This document shows positions 1 through 8,524 of a stretch of DNA of 64,000 nt, piece after piece. The translations under genes were made by a program, and so were the position numbers. The DNA is from a virus: positions 4,179 to 68,178 of IMG/VR virus record IMGVR_UViG_3300005530_000025; one strand, written 5' to 3'. The notes under the pieces are model-generated. The model saw nothing but the letters and a program-made list of their open reading frames with translations, ran no database searches and had not been told where the DNA came from. Position 1 is the stretch's first letter, and each line of letters starts with the position of its first letter.

Positions 1-631
1 GCTTGATGCCCTCGACATAGGTATAGCTGGCCAGCAGGCCGCCCCAGAACTCAACCGGGAAGGCCGGGCCGCCGATCCCGTTCAGGGTGTAGTTGCTCCA
101 CGGCTGGGCCGCGGTGTTCAGCTTGCCGAGCGCGATGCCCATCAGCTGGGCGATCCGGCCGCGGGACCAGTGCGCCTGGAAGTAGGACTGGAGATTCGGG
201 CCGCCGCCCGCTGAGTCGAACAGGTCCGCGAACCGGACCCAGACCTGGTCCTCCAGGAAGTCCTGCATGGCCAGGGACAGCGCGTCATAGTGCGGGTTGG
301 CCGGCCCGATCACCAGCCAGGCGGAGTAGGCCTGGGCCTGCCCGCTCACCTCGTAGGTCCAGTCCAGCTGAGCCTGGCCGGGGTTGCTGGTGTCGGTGCT
401 GGACGGGGTGACCTGGTAGATCCCGGCCGACAGCCGCTCGGCGGAGTAGCTGCTGATCACCGTTACGGTGCCGTCGGCATTCTGCATCAGCAGCCGCGCC
501 GACACGGCCTGGCCGTCAGGGTCGGCCGGCTGGCCGCCGATGTAGACCGTGAAGCCCAGCGGCGGCCGGGAGAACTGGCTGACGTACTGGCGCTCGCGCC
601 AGTCCACCAGGTCCGGGTTGACGACGGTCAT
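1..631 (-). CDS. Virion structural protein, probable head-to-tail adaptor (runs off left edge of window)
   Basis: Open minus frame from ATG at 631 (MTVVNPDLVDWRERQY...WVRFADLFDSAGGGPNLQSYFQAHWSRGRIAQLM); follows 638..1297 in an operon; recalled resemblance to Bxz1-type adaptors. Confidence 0.6.
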   Translation of the reverse strand, partial: MTVVNPDLVDWRERQYVSQFSRPPLGFTVYIGGQPADPDGQAVSARLLMQNADGTVTVISSYSAERLSAGIYQVTPSSTDTSNPGQAQLDWTYEVSGQAQAYSAWLVIGPANPHYDALSLAMQDFLEDQVWVRFADLFDSAGGGPNLQSYFQAHWSRGRIAQLMGIALGKLNTAAQPWSNYTLNGIGGPAFPVEFWGGLLASYTYVEGIK

Positions 632-637
632 CGGCGC

Positions 638-1297
638 CTACAGCACATTGCCCGAGCTGTAGTTCGCGATCATCGCGATCGCCTTGGCGCCCTTCACCTG
701 GATAGCCGTGGAATAGTCGGTGGTGACATTGATCCGCAGGCCGATCTTGTGCTGGCCGGCGGCGCAGTTCGGCACCACGGCGATCGAGGTGGCGTTCTCC
801 CCGGCCGTGTGCGCCGCGTCCGAGGAGTTGCCCGAGAACCGGATCTGCTCGGCATAGCCGCCGATCAGCTGCTCTACCCCGTCGAAGATGATCGACTGGA
901 AGGCATTCTGGCTCTGCTTGTTCGGGTACTGGTAGGTCGCGCTCAGGATGACCGCCAGCGAGCACGGCCGCGGGGTGGTGAAGGTCAGGATGTTGAAGTT
1001 CGGGCTGGCCCCCGCGTTCACCGCGGTATTGACGAACAGGCCGCCGGCGAATACCGGCACCGAGTCCCGCAGGTCCGCCCAGGCCGTCCCGGTCCAGTAG
1101 GACAGCTGCTTCAGGTCCGTCATGAAGATCATGCGGCCCTTCTGCGCGGTGCCCCAGTTGGGCCGGGACGTGCTCGTGCAGATGAAGGTGCCCGGGCTGG
1201 CGTCCAGGATCCCGAAGTTCGAGACGAAATCGCTCAGCTGGAACGGGTCCGATTCATCATTGAGCTTGAGCCCGAGGAACGTTGAGAAGGTCGCCAA
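638..1297 (-). CDS. Virion structural protein (beta-rich, minor tail/fibre-like)
   Basis: 219 aa, MATFSTFLGLKL-type N-terminus typical of phage tail proteins; structural operon. Confidence 0.6.
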   Translation of the reverse strand: MATFSTFLGLKLNDESDPFQLSDFVSNFGILDASPGTFICTSTSRPNWGTAQKGRMIFMTDLKQLSYWTGTAWADLRDSVPVFAGGLFVNTAVNAGASPNFNILTFTTPRPCSLAVILSATYQYPNKQSQNAFQSIIFDGVEQLIGGYAEQIRFSGNSSDAAHTAGENATSIAVVPNCAAGQHKIGLRINVTTDYSTAIQVKGAKAIAMIANYSSGNVL

Positions 1298-1301
1298 GAG
1301 G

Positions 1302-3605
1302 TCAGCCTCCCAGTCCCGTCCCGGCCTTTACGGAGCCATCCGGGAGGTAGATCGGATTGATGGCATTCGCCGGGTCCAGGGCGGACGGCCCGGACTGGAC
1401 CGAGCCCTCATGGCCGGGCTGCGGCGCGTTGTAGTTCAGCGGCACCGCGTAGGCGCTCCAGCCTGAGAACGGCCCGGTTCCGGCCTTGTTCAGCGCGGCC
1501 ACCCGGAACCGGTAGCCCTGGCTGTAGGGGGTCGAGCCGTCCGGCTTGTAGATCACCGGGGTGTTGGGGACCAGGCCCTGGGTGAAGACCGCGGTGACCG
1601 AGGACGGGTCGGCGCCATACCAGTACTCCGCCACCAGGGTGTCGCCGGCCTTCACGTTCTGCGAGCTGGCCAGGACCGAGATCCGGTACTGAGCCCAGGG
1701 GCCGATCCCGGTCTGGGTGATGGCGTAGTCGTAGCCCAGCTCCAGGACGGTGCCGTCCGGCTGCATCGGGTCGTTCTCGGTGCCGGTGGTGTTCCGGACG
1801 ATGACCTGACCGGGCGGGGTGACGATGCCGGTCCTGCTGGTAGTCGGCAGCGTGGTGTCGGACGCCGGCGGCGCGGCCCCGGTGCTGGTCGGCGGGGCCG
1901 TCAGCGTCAGCGCGGTGCCGATCGCGGTCGGGCTCCCTGCCGTCTGCTGCCGGGTCAGGGTCGAGCCGCCTGCCTGGGACACGTAGGCATACCAGCCGGC
2001 CGCCCCGGCCTCCGCCGACGGGCTCGGCACGGTCAGGGTCGAGGTGGCCGCGGTCGTGACCACGGTGCCCTGGGTGCTGGCCACTGTCTCGCCGTTGGCG
2101 TTGACGTAGGTCGCGGCAACCTTGTAGGTGCCGGCTGCCACGGTGCCGCCCGTGTCGGCCTTGGTCGGGGCCGGGGCGGACGGGGCCGCCAGCGCGGCCG
2201 TCAGGGCAGTGAAGGTATCGGCCTGGTAGGCGGGCTCGCCCGCCTGGGCGCCGCCGGAGGGCGCCGGCTGGCCGTCCATCACCGGCTGGCCGCTGGCCGG
2301 CACGTACATCGTGCCGCGGTCCTCGGCCTCCAGCAGGTAGCCATCCACCGGGGTGGTCCCGGACGGCGGGGCCCAGGCCAGGGACACGCCGCGGTTGACC
2401 GCGGTCGGCGTGGGGGTACCGGGAGCGGCCGGGACCGAGGCCGGGATGTTCGAGCCGTAGTAGGTCGCGTCCCCGTAGCTGTAGGTCACCGAGACGTTGT
2501 TGCCGGCCGCGAAGTGCGCTGCCACCTCCGGGCTGATGTAGGCGACGGTCTCCTCGCCGTTCCCGGCCGTGGTCACGGTGTAGTCCGTGCCGAGCACCAT
2601 CGCCTGGGAGCTGGTGGTGTTGGTCACCACGATCGAGGAGGGCACGACGCCCTTCTGGCTCAGGTACAGCCGCGATCCCGCGGCGGCCGAGGCGAAGGCG
2701 TCAGTCTGGCTGGCCAGCAGGGTCGGTGCGGCCGGGGCGCCGATGTAGCTCGTGTCGATCTGCCGGGCCGCGTAGGAGGAATCGACCGGCAGCGGGTTGG
2801 CATTCACCTGGTTGCCCAGGATGTCGGTCAGCGTGGTGTCCTTGTTGCCGGCCGCCACGCCCGACGACGGCGCCCGGTAGCCATTCGGGCTGGAGTACAT
2901 CGAGGGAACCAGGTTGCTGCCGCCGCTGTCCTGGGTGTCCAGGCTCCCGGTCAGGCCGGTGTCTGCCGGGGAGTAGTCCTCCGGCAGGCCGCCGCCGTAG
3001 ACGGCCTCGGTGTCCGGAGCGCCGCCGGCCCACCCGTAGGTGCCCGGGGCGCTCTCGGTGACCGCGTACTCGCTGCCAGGCGCTCCGGTCTCGGAGCCGG
3101 ACTGGGTGCCCATTGCCGGGTCGGTCAGCGACCCGTAGCCCGCGGCCGAGCCCAGGCCGCCCGCCGAGCCGCCCTCGGTGTCGGCATTCGAGGCCTGACC
3201 CTGGGTCCCGGCCGGCAGCGGCCCGGCGCTGCCCTGGAAGCCGCCGAACTCATACGACTCATCGCGCTGCATGCCGTACCGGTAGGTCACCTTCGCGGTG
3301 TCCGCATCGGCCGAGTCCGTGGAGGAGTTGATCCGGGTGACCGAGTAGGTCAGGCCCTCCGGCGCGCTGCCCGAGGGCGTCAGCGTGTAGTCGGTCCCGA
3401 GCACCAGCCGCTTGCTGGTAGTGGTGTCGAAGACCGAGATCACGTCAGCGGTGGGCGAGGGGCCCGCGGTCTCCAGGGCGGGCACCGAGACGATGCCGGC
3501 CTTACTCAGCGCCGCCGGGACGGTGTGGCTGAGCGTGATGGTGTCCACCTGCTCGACGACGCCCTGGGCGGGGACGCCATGGAAGTCGGCCACGCTGCTG
3601 GTCAT
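1302..3605 (-). CDS. Large Gly/Ser/Thr-rich structural protein with fibronectin type III-like elements
   Basis: VPAAPGTPTPTAVNRGVSLAWAPPS...GYLL and YRFRVAALNKAGTGPFS FN3 signatures; repeated LGTDYT motifs. Confidence 0.75.
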   Translation of the reverse strand: MTSSVADFHGVPAQGVVEQVDTITLSHTVPAALSKAGIVSVPALETAGPSPTADVISVFDTTTSKRLVLGTDYTLTPSGSAPEGLTYSVTRINSSTDSADADTAKVTYRYGMQRDESYEFGGFQGSAGPLPAGTQGQASNADTEGGSAGGLGSAAGYGSLTDPAMGTQSGSETGAPGSEYAVTESAPGTYGWAGGAPDTEAVYGGGLPEDYSPADTGLTGSLDTQDSGGSNLVPSMYSSPNGYRAPSSGVAAGNKDTTLTDILGNQVNANPLPVDSSYAARQIDTSYIGAPAAPTLLASQTDAFASAAAGSRLYLSQKGVVPSSIVVTNTTSSQAMVLGTDYTVTTAGNGEETVAYISPEVAAHFAAGNNVSVTYSYGDATYYGSNIPASVPAAPGTPTPTAVNRGVSLAWAPPSGTTPVDGYLLEAEDRGTMYVPASGQPVMDGQPAPSGGAQAGEPAYQADTFTALTAALAAPSAPAPTKADTGGTVAAGTYKVAATYVNANGETVASTQGTVVTTAATSTLTVPSPSAEAGAAGWYAYVSQAGGSTLTRQQTAGSPTAIGTALTLTAPPTSTGAAPPASDTTLPTTSRTGIVTPPGQVIVRNTTGTENDPMQPDGTVLELGYDYAITQTGIGPWAQYRISVLASSQNVKAGDTLVAEYWYGADPSSVTAVFTQGLVPNTPVIYKPDGSTPYSQGYRFRVAALNKAGTGPFSGWSAYAVPLNYNAPQPGHEGSVQSGPSALDPANAINPIYLPDGSVKAGTGLGG

Positions 3606-4024
3606 CCTGCGCTCCGGTCTGTCTCGTCATCGACGGTCGTCATCGGCCCCAGGCCGCTGGCGTGGTTCTGCCAGGCCTGGCTGTGATCGCGGACCAGGAT
3701 CCTTCCGGTGGCCGGGTCCACCGTCAGCCCCTGGGACTCCAGCCGCTCGCGCGCCCGCCGGGCCGCCGCGGTGACCCGGTCCTTGTCGGCATCCGGGTCC
3801 CCGCGGTTGACCGTGAGGCCGGGGGAGGTCTGCACCACGTTGGGCGAGACGGCCTCATCCTCCGGGTCCATCGCGCGCAGCGCCCACGCCAGGTCCCCCG
3901 CCGCGGCCAGGTCGAACGCCTCGGTCACGCCGCGCAGCTCAGTGTGCGGGGCCGAGGGGCCGGCCGTGTCCGAGGTGTCATAGGTCCCCGTCATGGCTGC
4001 GGGGTCCCGGGGGAAGTGGCGCAC
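3602..4024 (-). CDS. Hypothetical protein (structural operon)
   Basis: 4-nt overlap with downstream gene. Confidence 0.55.
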   Translation of the reverse strand: MRHFPRDPAAMTGTYDTSDTAGPSAPHTELRGVTEAFDLAAAGDLAWALRAMDPEDEAVSPNVVQTSPGLTVNRGDPDADKDRVTAAARRARERLESQGLTVDPATGRILVRDHSQAWQNHASGLGPMTTVDDETDRSAG

Positions 4025-4027
4025 GGG

Positions 4028-4546
4028 CTAGACCTCCAGCGTCCAGGGGCCGGTGCCGCGCCGCACGCAGCTCTCGGCCAGGCTGCCATGGCGCGAGCAC
4101 AGCGGCGGGGCCGCGTCCTTCTCCTTGGCCCGGACCGGGATCTGCTCACCGCACGGGGCCTCCGGCCGGGTGCCCGGGCCGATGCAGGTCACCACGATCA
4201 TGTCGTTATCGGAGGCCTCGTCGATGGTCTCGCGGATGGCCAGCTCGTCGGCCGCCATCCGATCCCGGAAGTTTCCGGCCTGCTTGGCCAGAGCGTCCCG
4301 GATGTAGGGGTCATCGTCGCCCGAGACCACCTTCAGGACGCCCTGCCGGATCGCCCGGACGAAGGCCGGGCTGGACTTCAGCTCGTTGGGGATGGGCTGC
4401 ACGTCGTCGCCGCTGCGGTCGCCGCGGCCGGCGAAAGTGACCTGGTAGGTCTCTTTCGGGTCCGAGGCGATCACCGTCGGCCCGTCCATCATGTTCTGGC
4501 ACATGACAGGGGCCTGGACGCCGGGGATGGCGATGTCAGCAGTCAT
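4028..4546 (-). CDS. Hypothetical protein with C-terminal Cys/His Zn-binding motif
   Basis: AGGAGG RBS; CIGPG..CGEQ..PPLCSRH. Confidence 0.7.
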   Translation of the reverse strand: MTADIAIPGVQAPVMCQNMMDGPTVIASDPKETYQVTFAGRGDRSGDDVQPIPNELKSSPAFVRAIRQGVLKVVSGDDDPYIRDALAKQAGNFRDRMAADELAIRETIDEASDNDMIVVTCIGPGTRPEAPCGEQIPVRAKEKDAAPPLCSRHGSLAESCVRRGTGPWTLEV

Positions 4547-4587
4547 GGTCGGTCCTCCTGATCCTTCTGGGCTCCGAGGTTGCAGTG

Positions 4588-4920
4588 CTAGCCGAGGATG
4601 AGGTACCCGACCACCGAGTTGTCGCTGCCCGAGCTGGAGGAGATCGTGAATCCGCTCCCCGGGTTCGTGGCGGGCACCGACAGGTGGCCGGGCGTGCCGG
4701 AGGGCGACATGCGGCTGACCAGGATCACGCTGTCTGCCGTGACGGCTCCGGCCGGGACATTCACCGTGCCGCTGACCAGGGTCGCGGTCCCGGCGGTGAT
4801 GCCCGGGATGCCCGCGAGCTGCTCAGCCTGGGAAGCCAGGGCGTCCGAGATCTGGTTATGGGCTTCGATGTGCCCGGCCTGGCCGGCCGCCACGTTGTCG
4901 GGCGGAATCGAGGTCGTCAT
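4588..4920 (-). CDS. Small structural protein (beta-strand rich)
   Basis: GGAGG RBS; GTATLVSGTVNV...SVILVSR...GFTISSSSGSDNSVVGYLI resembles phage fibre C-terminal modules. Confidence 0.65.
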   Translation of the reverse strand: MTTSIPPDNVAAGQAGHIEAHNQISDALASQAEQLAGIPGITAGTATLVSGTVNVPAGAVTADSVILVSRMSPSGTPGHLSVPATNPGSGFTISSSSGSDNSVVGYLILG

Positions 4921-4982
4921 GCGCACCTCCCTCTATCCCTTCCGTGGGGAGGCGCTGGCTCGATAGCGGTGAACACGCTGGG

Positions 4983-5054
4983 AGGCCCCTCCGGGAGTTG
5001 AACCCGGCTGCGCGGCTTTGCAGGCCGCTGCCTCAGCCGCTCGGCCAAGGGACC
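4983..5054 (-). tRNA. tRNA-Cys(GCA)
   Basis: Cloverleaf; anticodon arm GCGGC-CT GCA AA-GCCGC. Confidence 0.9.
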
Positions 5055-5055
5055 C

Positions 5056-5132
5056 TGGTGAGCCTGGACGGACTCGAACCGCCGACCTTCTCCTTAGGGG
5101 GGAGTAGCTCTATCCGGCTGAGCTACAGGCTC
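5056..5132 (-). tRNA. tRNA-Arg(CCT), C33
   Basis: Loop CC CCT AA; Arg-type D loop; CCA encoded. Confidence 0.8.
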
Positions 5133-5133
5133 A

Positions 5134-5210
5134 TGGCGCCTCCGGTCCGACTCGAACGGACGACCTCTTGGTTCGGAACCAAGTGCGCTATCCACCTGCG
5201 CTACAGAGGC
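5134..5210 (-). tRNA. tRNA-Arg(CCG)
   Basis: CTTGG-TT CCG AA-CCAAG; CCA encoded. Confidence 0.9.
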
Positions 5211-5258
5211 TAGACGGCAAATGCCGCGTACTTCTCATCTAGGACGCTTGATCATGCG

Positions 5259-5340
5259 TGGCGAGACCAGGATTCGAACCTGGGAAGCACATGGCAGCTG
5301 ATTTACAGTCAGCCCTCGTTGGCCACTTGAGTACCTCGCC
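5259..5340 (-). tRNA. tRNA-Tyr(GTA)
   Basis: GCTGA-CT GTA AA-TCAGC; long variable arm. Confidence 0.9.
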
Positions 5341-5414
5341 TGGGGAGGACAGCGGATCCCGAGACCGCATCATCCGGTTCACAACCGGGCGCTCTGCCTT
5401 TGAGCTATGCCCTC
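5341..5414 (-). tRNA. tRNA-His(GTG), atypical T arm
   Basis: CCGG-TT GTG AA-CCGG; C73 plus CCA; T arm lacks TTCRA. Confidence 0.75.
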
Positions 5415-5416
5415 AG

Positions 5417-5490
5417 TGGTCGATGAAGGGATCGAACCTTCGGCCTCCCCGGTGTGAACGGGGCGCTCTCCCAAGCTGAGCTAACCGACC
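5417..5490 (-). tRNA. tRNA-Val(CAC)
   Basis: CCCCG-TT CAC AC-CGGGG. Confidence 0.9.
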
Positions 5491-5499
5491 TTGATAAGC

Positions 5500-5556
5500 T
5501 GGCGAGCGGGGATTCGAACCCCGGGGGCCGTCGCCCTTCCGCTCCGTGCTCTCGCC
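5500..5556 (-). ncRNA. 57-nt tRNA-like RNA lacking an anticodon arm
   Basis: GGCGAG/CTCGCC acceptor-like stem, T arm CGGGG-TTCGAAT-CCCCG, one short GGGC-GACG-GCCC hairpin. Confidence 0.55.
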
Positions 5557-5561
5557 AGTCG

Positions 5562-5634
5562 CACCCTCGACAGGACTCGAACCTGCAACCTGCCGGTCCG
5601 TAGCCGGCTGCTCCATCCGTTGAGCTACGAGGGT
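5562..5634 (-). tRNA. tRNA-Arg(ACG)
   Basis: GCCGG-CT ACG GA-CCGGC. Confidence 0.9.
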
Positions 5635-5712
5635 AGATCCCTGCTCGCGCCTTGGCGGGGCGCCTCCCTCCCGGGCCATCTCCGGTGGTGTCGAGGCGGG
5701 CAGGGGTCCGCC

Positions 5713-5787
5713 TGGTGGTCGCTGCTGGGATTGAACCAGCGGCCCCCTGCTTGTCGGGCAGGCGCTCTCCCGCTGAGCTAAGCGACC
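5713..5787 (-). tRNA. tRNA-Val(GAC), C33
   Basis: CCTGC-CC GAC AA-GCAGG; CCA encoded. Confidence 0.88.
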
Positions 5788-5894
5788 TTGCCGGCAGTAT
5801 TTCTCATCCCCGTCTCAGGGGACAGATACGGCAGGAGCAGCGCGGCTCCGGTGCACGGCCGCGGCTGGTGATACGCCCGGTGACTCCTGCCGGG

Positions 5895-5970
5895 CGGTCC
5901 TGACGGGATTCGAACCCGCGATCTTCAGCTTGACGGGCTGACGGGGACGACCAAACTCCCCTACAAGACC
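5895..5970 (-). tRNA. tRNA-Asp(GTC), C33
   Basis: TCAGC-CC GTC AA-GCTGA. Confidence 0.88.
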
Positions 5971-6066
5971 TCGTGCCGGACCTGTCGTGATCAAGGGGTC
6001 CGGTGTTACCTTATTGAATTGCCAATGACACCTGGCAATATACACGGACACGGAGGATACGGACCA

Positions 6067-6237
6067 ATGCGGAAGATCACCTCGCTACTCGCGGCCGGCG
6101 CTATTCTCGGCGCCGGGGCCTCGGTAGCTGCCCCCGGGGGGACCGTGCTGGCCGTTGCCCGGCCAGCCCCCACCCAGATCCTTGTCGGCCACGTCCTGGA
6201 CCACTCAGGCGGGCCTGACATCTTCTATCACGCCTGA
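6067..6237 (+). CDS. 56-aa putative secreted peptide, antisense to the tRNA array
   Basis: GGAGG RBS, AT-richer upstream region, Sec-type signal MRKITSLLAAGAILGAGASVAA. Confidence 0.65.
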   Translation: MRKITSLLAAGAILGAGASVAAPGGTVLAVARPAPTQILVGHVLDHSGGPDIFYHA

Positions 6238-6242
6238 CGTGC

Positions 6243-6317
6243 TGGCTCCCGCGGCTGGACTCGAACCAGCGCGCGTCCGGTTAACGGCCGGGTGCTCTGC
6301 CACTGAGCTACGCGGGA
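6243..6317 (-). tRNA. tRNA-Asn(GTT), C33
   Basis: CCGG-CC GTT AA-CCGG; CCA encoded. Confidence 0.88.
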
Positions 6318-6377
6318 CCGGCTAGCGCGGCCGGCCGTCCCCTGGGGGAGGGGCGGCCGGCCGCCCCCATTTCTGGG

Positions 6378-6454
6378 TGGTAGCGGGGGCGGGATTCGAA
6401 CCCGCGGCCTCCAGATTATGAGCCTGGCGAGCTACCGAGCTGCTCTACCCCGCA
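6378..6454 (-). tRNA. tRNA-Met(CAT), initiator-like
   Basis: CT CAT AA loop; 1:72 mismatch; GAGC/GCTC D stem as in fMet; CCA encoded. Confidence 0.85.
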
Positions 6455-6482
6455 TCGTGCTCCCAGGATAACCCCGGGATCG

Positions 6483-6554
6483 TAGCCCCAGCCGGTGCTG
6501 ACCCGGCGCCTCCGGATTGAAATTCCGGCCACCTGCCGTTAGTGAGATGGGGCC
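6483..6554 (-). tRNA. tRNA-Glu(TTC), atypical T loop GTCAGCA
   Basis: CCGGA-AT TTC AA-TCCGG; acceptor GGCCCCA/TGGGGCT. Confidence 0.7.
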
Positions 6555-6567
6555 CTGATGTACTGCG

Positions 6568-6639
6568 CAGCCTCACGGGGAGTCGAACCCCGGCTTGCTG
6601 GCTGAGAACCAGCCGTCCTGACCATTAGACGATGAGGCC
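6568..6639 (-). tRNA. tRNA-Glu(CTC)
   Basis: GCTGG-TT CTC AG-CCAGC. Confidence 0.9.
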
Positions 6640-6938
6640 TTAGCGGGAGCCTTCGAGCGCCGTCATGCCGGTGTGGCGGCGCCTGGTACTCAGCTCGCTG
6701 CGGCGTTGACTAGTCACCGCAGCTCGCCGCCGGCAGTCACCTTCCCGGTTCCCGTGTGGCACGTGCAGGGATCGGCTGACCCTTCCACCTGCGTTGCCTG
6801 GCCCTCGGTGTCAGCGCTGGGCCAGGTAGCGGACGCCGTGCTCCGCGCCCTGTCTGGGTGCCGGACTTGACCGATCCGGCAGAGACCTCGCTGCATGCCG
6901 CGATGCCACGGAGCCCGTCTGGAGTGGGCTAGTCTCTG

Positions 6939-7011
6939 CGCGCCATCCAGGGCTCGAACCCGGGACCGTCTCCTTAGAGGGGAGCTGCTCTGTCCGCTGA
7001 GCTAATGGCGC
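6939..7011 (-). tRNA. tRNA-Arg(TCT), C33
   Basis: CTCC-CC TCT AA-GGAG; Arg-type D loop, G73. Confidence 0.8.
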
Positions 7012-7017
7012 CTGGGG

Positions 7018-7089
7018 TGGGCCGCCCGGGGCTCGAACCCGGGACCATCCGATTAAAAGTCGGCCGCTCTGCCGCTGAGCTAGCGGCCC
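7018..7089 (-). tRNA. tRNA-Lys(TTT)
   Basis: CCGA-CT TTT AA-TCGG. Confidence 0.9.
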
Positions 7090-7090
7090 G

Positions 7091-7165
7091 TGGCGAGGGT
7101 GGGCCTCGAACCCACGTCCTTCGGTTTATGAGACCGCTGCTTGCGACCATCTCAGCTACCCCGCC
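7091..7165 (-). tRNA. tRNA-CAT (elongator Met or Ile2)
   Basis: CGGT-CT CAT AA-ACCG. Confidence 0.8.
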
Positions 7166-7235
7166 GGGTGGCACCGCGGCCCGGTACAGCCGTATCTCCG
7201 GGAGTGGCCTGGCCCAGCTACTCCGCGATGCCAAG

Positions 7236-7309
7236 TGGGCCCAGGAGGAATTGAACCTCCGGCCTCTTCCTTATCAGGGAAGCGCTCTAACCGGCTGAGC
7301 TACAGGCCC
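7236..7309 (-). tRNA. tRNA-Ile(GAT)
   Basis: CTTCC-CT GAT AA-GGAAG. Confidence 0.9.
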
Positions 7310-7349
7310 TTGCTTGTGTGAACTGTTGCGCCCGGGGAAGACGTGGCGC

Positions 7350-7517
7350 ATGTTCGCATTCATTGCAGCACTGCTGTTCGCCATCGCCACGCTCATCGCG
7401 TTCACCGCGCTGAACGGCGTCTCCGTGACCGGCCTGATCGCGGCCGGCCTGCTGTGCCTGACCCTGCACCTGATCGTGCCGGGTACCTGGGGCCCGTCCT
7501 GGATGCGGCGGGCCTGA
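7350..7517 (+). CDS. 55-aa two-TM membrane protein, antisense within tRNA array
   Basis: MFAFIAALLFAIATLIAFT...GLIAAGLLCLTLHLIVP; fills the gap between two tRNAs. Confidence 0.65.
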   Translation: MFAFIAALLFAIATLIAFTALNGVSVTGLIAAGLLCLTLHLIVPGTWGPSWMRRA

Positions 7518-7518
7518 G

Positions 7519-7605
7519 CGGCGAGGGTGGGATTCGAACCCACGGGGCCGTGAGGCCCGGTCGTTTTCGGGACGACTGCACTAGTCCGGGCTATGCGACC
7601 TCGCC
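7519..7605 (-). tRNA. tRNA-Ser(CGA), C33
   Basis: GTCGT-CC CGA AA-ACGAC; long variable arm. Confidence 0.88.
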
Positions 7606-7664
7606 TGGGTAGGGACCGCCGGGCTCTCGCTGGCCTGGCGAGTCAGGCCGCCTGCGCATCCCCG

Positions 7665-7749
7665 CGGGTGGTGCAGGATTCGAACCTGCGAGGGGTTGCC
7701 CCCGACCAGCTTTCCGGGCTGGCGCCATAAGCCGCTCGGCCAACCACCC
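7665..7749 (-). tRNA. tRNA-Ser(GGA), C33
   Basis: CCAGC-CC GGA AA-GCTGG; long variable arm. Confidence 0.88.
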
Positions 7750-7750
7750 A

Positions 7751-7835
7751 TGCAGGGCTCCCCAGCACCTCCTGCGGGAGCCCGCGGGACCGGGGGAGGC
7801 GACGGGATTCGAACCCGCCCGGGAGCGACCCTGCA
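7751..7835 (-). ncRNA. Permuted tRNA-like RNA 1 (reduced D region)
   Basis: TGCAGGG ... T arm GCGGG-TTCGAAT-CCCGT, CGCCTCC [linker] GGAGGTG acceptor-like stem ... CCCTGCA closing stem. Confidence 0.55.
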
Positions 7836-7838
7836 AAG

Positions 7839-7924
7839 AGGAGCGAGCGGGATTCGAACCCGCGAGGGGGCGACCCCTACCGCCTTAGCAGGACGGCGCC
7901 TTCAGCCACTCGTGCCACCGCTCC
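7839..7924 (-). tRNA. tRNA-Ser(GCT)
   Basis: CCGTC-CT GCT AA-GGCGG; long variable arm. Confidence 0.88.
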
Positions 7925-8106
7925 GGGGCGCGCCGCGGCTTGCCGTCGCCCGCGCGCACTGCACCTGCGTCACCGCCTAACGGACTTGGCTGGTATCCGG
8001 TGCAGCTGCCATAACCGCTCGCCCCGGCTCTCGCCTGGTACTGACAGGGCAGGCCTGGCCAGGCCGACTGCCCCGGGGCCGCCACGCCTCAACAGACAGC
8101 CCTGCG

Positions 8107-8190
8107 TGCCCAAGGGGAGACTCGAACTCCCACGGCCTCTCGGCCACTGCGGTCTGAGCGCAGCGCGTCTACCAGTTTCACCACCTGGGC
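8107..8190 (-). tRNA. tRNA-Leu(CAG)
   Basis: CTGCG-CT CAG AC-CGCAG. Confidence 0.9.
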
Positions 8191-8299
8191 ATGCGGACCG
8201 TTGCCGAGTTGCCAGACTCTCGGGTGATCATCTCCGGCTGCCGTCTGGCGGCGGCGCGAGCGATGATGAATCGGGGCCACGGAGCCTACAACCCCTTCG

Positions 8300-8370
8300 A
8301 GCGGAGAACGGGGATCGAACCCGTGCTGCCACCTTGGCAAGGTGGTGTGCTACCTCTACACCACATCCGC
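8300..8370 (-). tRNA. tRNA-Gly(GCC)
   Basis: CCACC-TT GCC AA-GGTGG. Confidence 0.9.
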
Positions 8371-8428
8371 ATGGCCGCCCGGGCCAGGATCAGCCCGGGA
8401 CTTACACCGCAAGGGGCCGGAGCCCCAG

Positions 8429-8500
8429 AGCCCAGGGTCGGGATTGAACCGACGACCCCTTCCTTACCGAGGAAGCGCTCTGCCACTGAGCTACCCGGGC
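8429..8500 (-). tRNA. tRNA-Thr(GGT), C33
   Basis: CTTCC-TC GGT AA-GGAAG. Confidence 0.88.
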
Positions 8501-8524
8501 GGGACCGGGGTTCAGCCTCCCCGG

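Noticed and set aside
6939-7011. Amber suppressor or tRNA-Pyl (CTA) reading of loop CCTCTAA; similarly CCCCTAA at 5056-5132
   Set aside because: The stem register places TCT and CCT at positions 34-36, and the D loops are Arg-type. CTA appears only if the loop is shifted by one base.
7166-7178. T-box-like GGGTGGCACCGCG on the + strand
   Set aside because: Antisense to the array, no Stem I/specifier upstream, and explained as one arm of the 7169-7233 stem.
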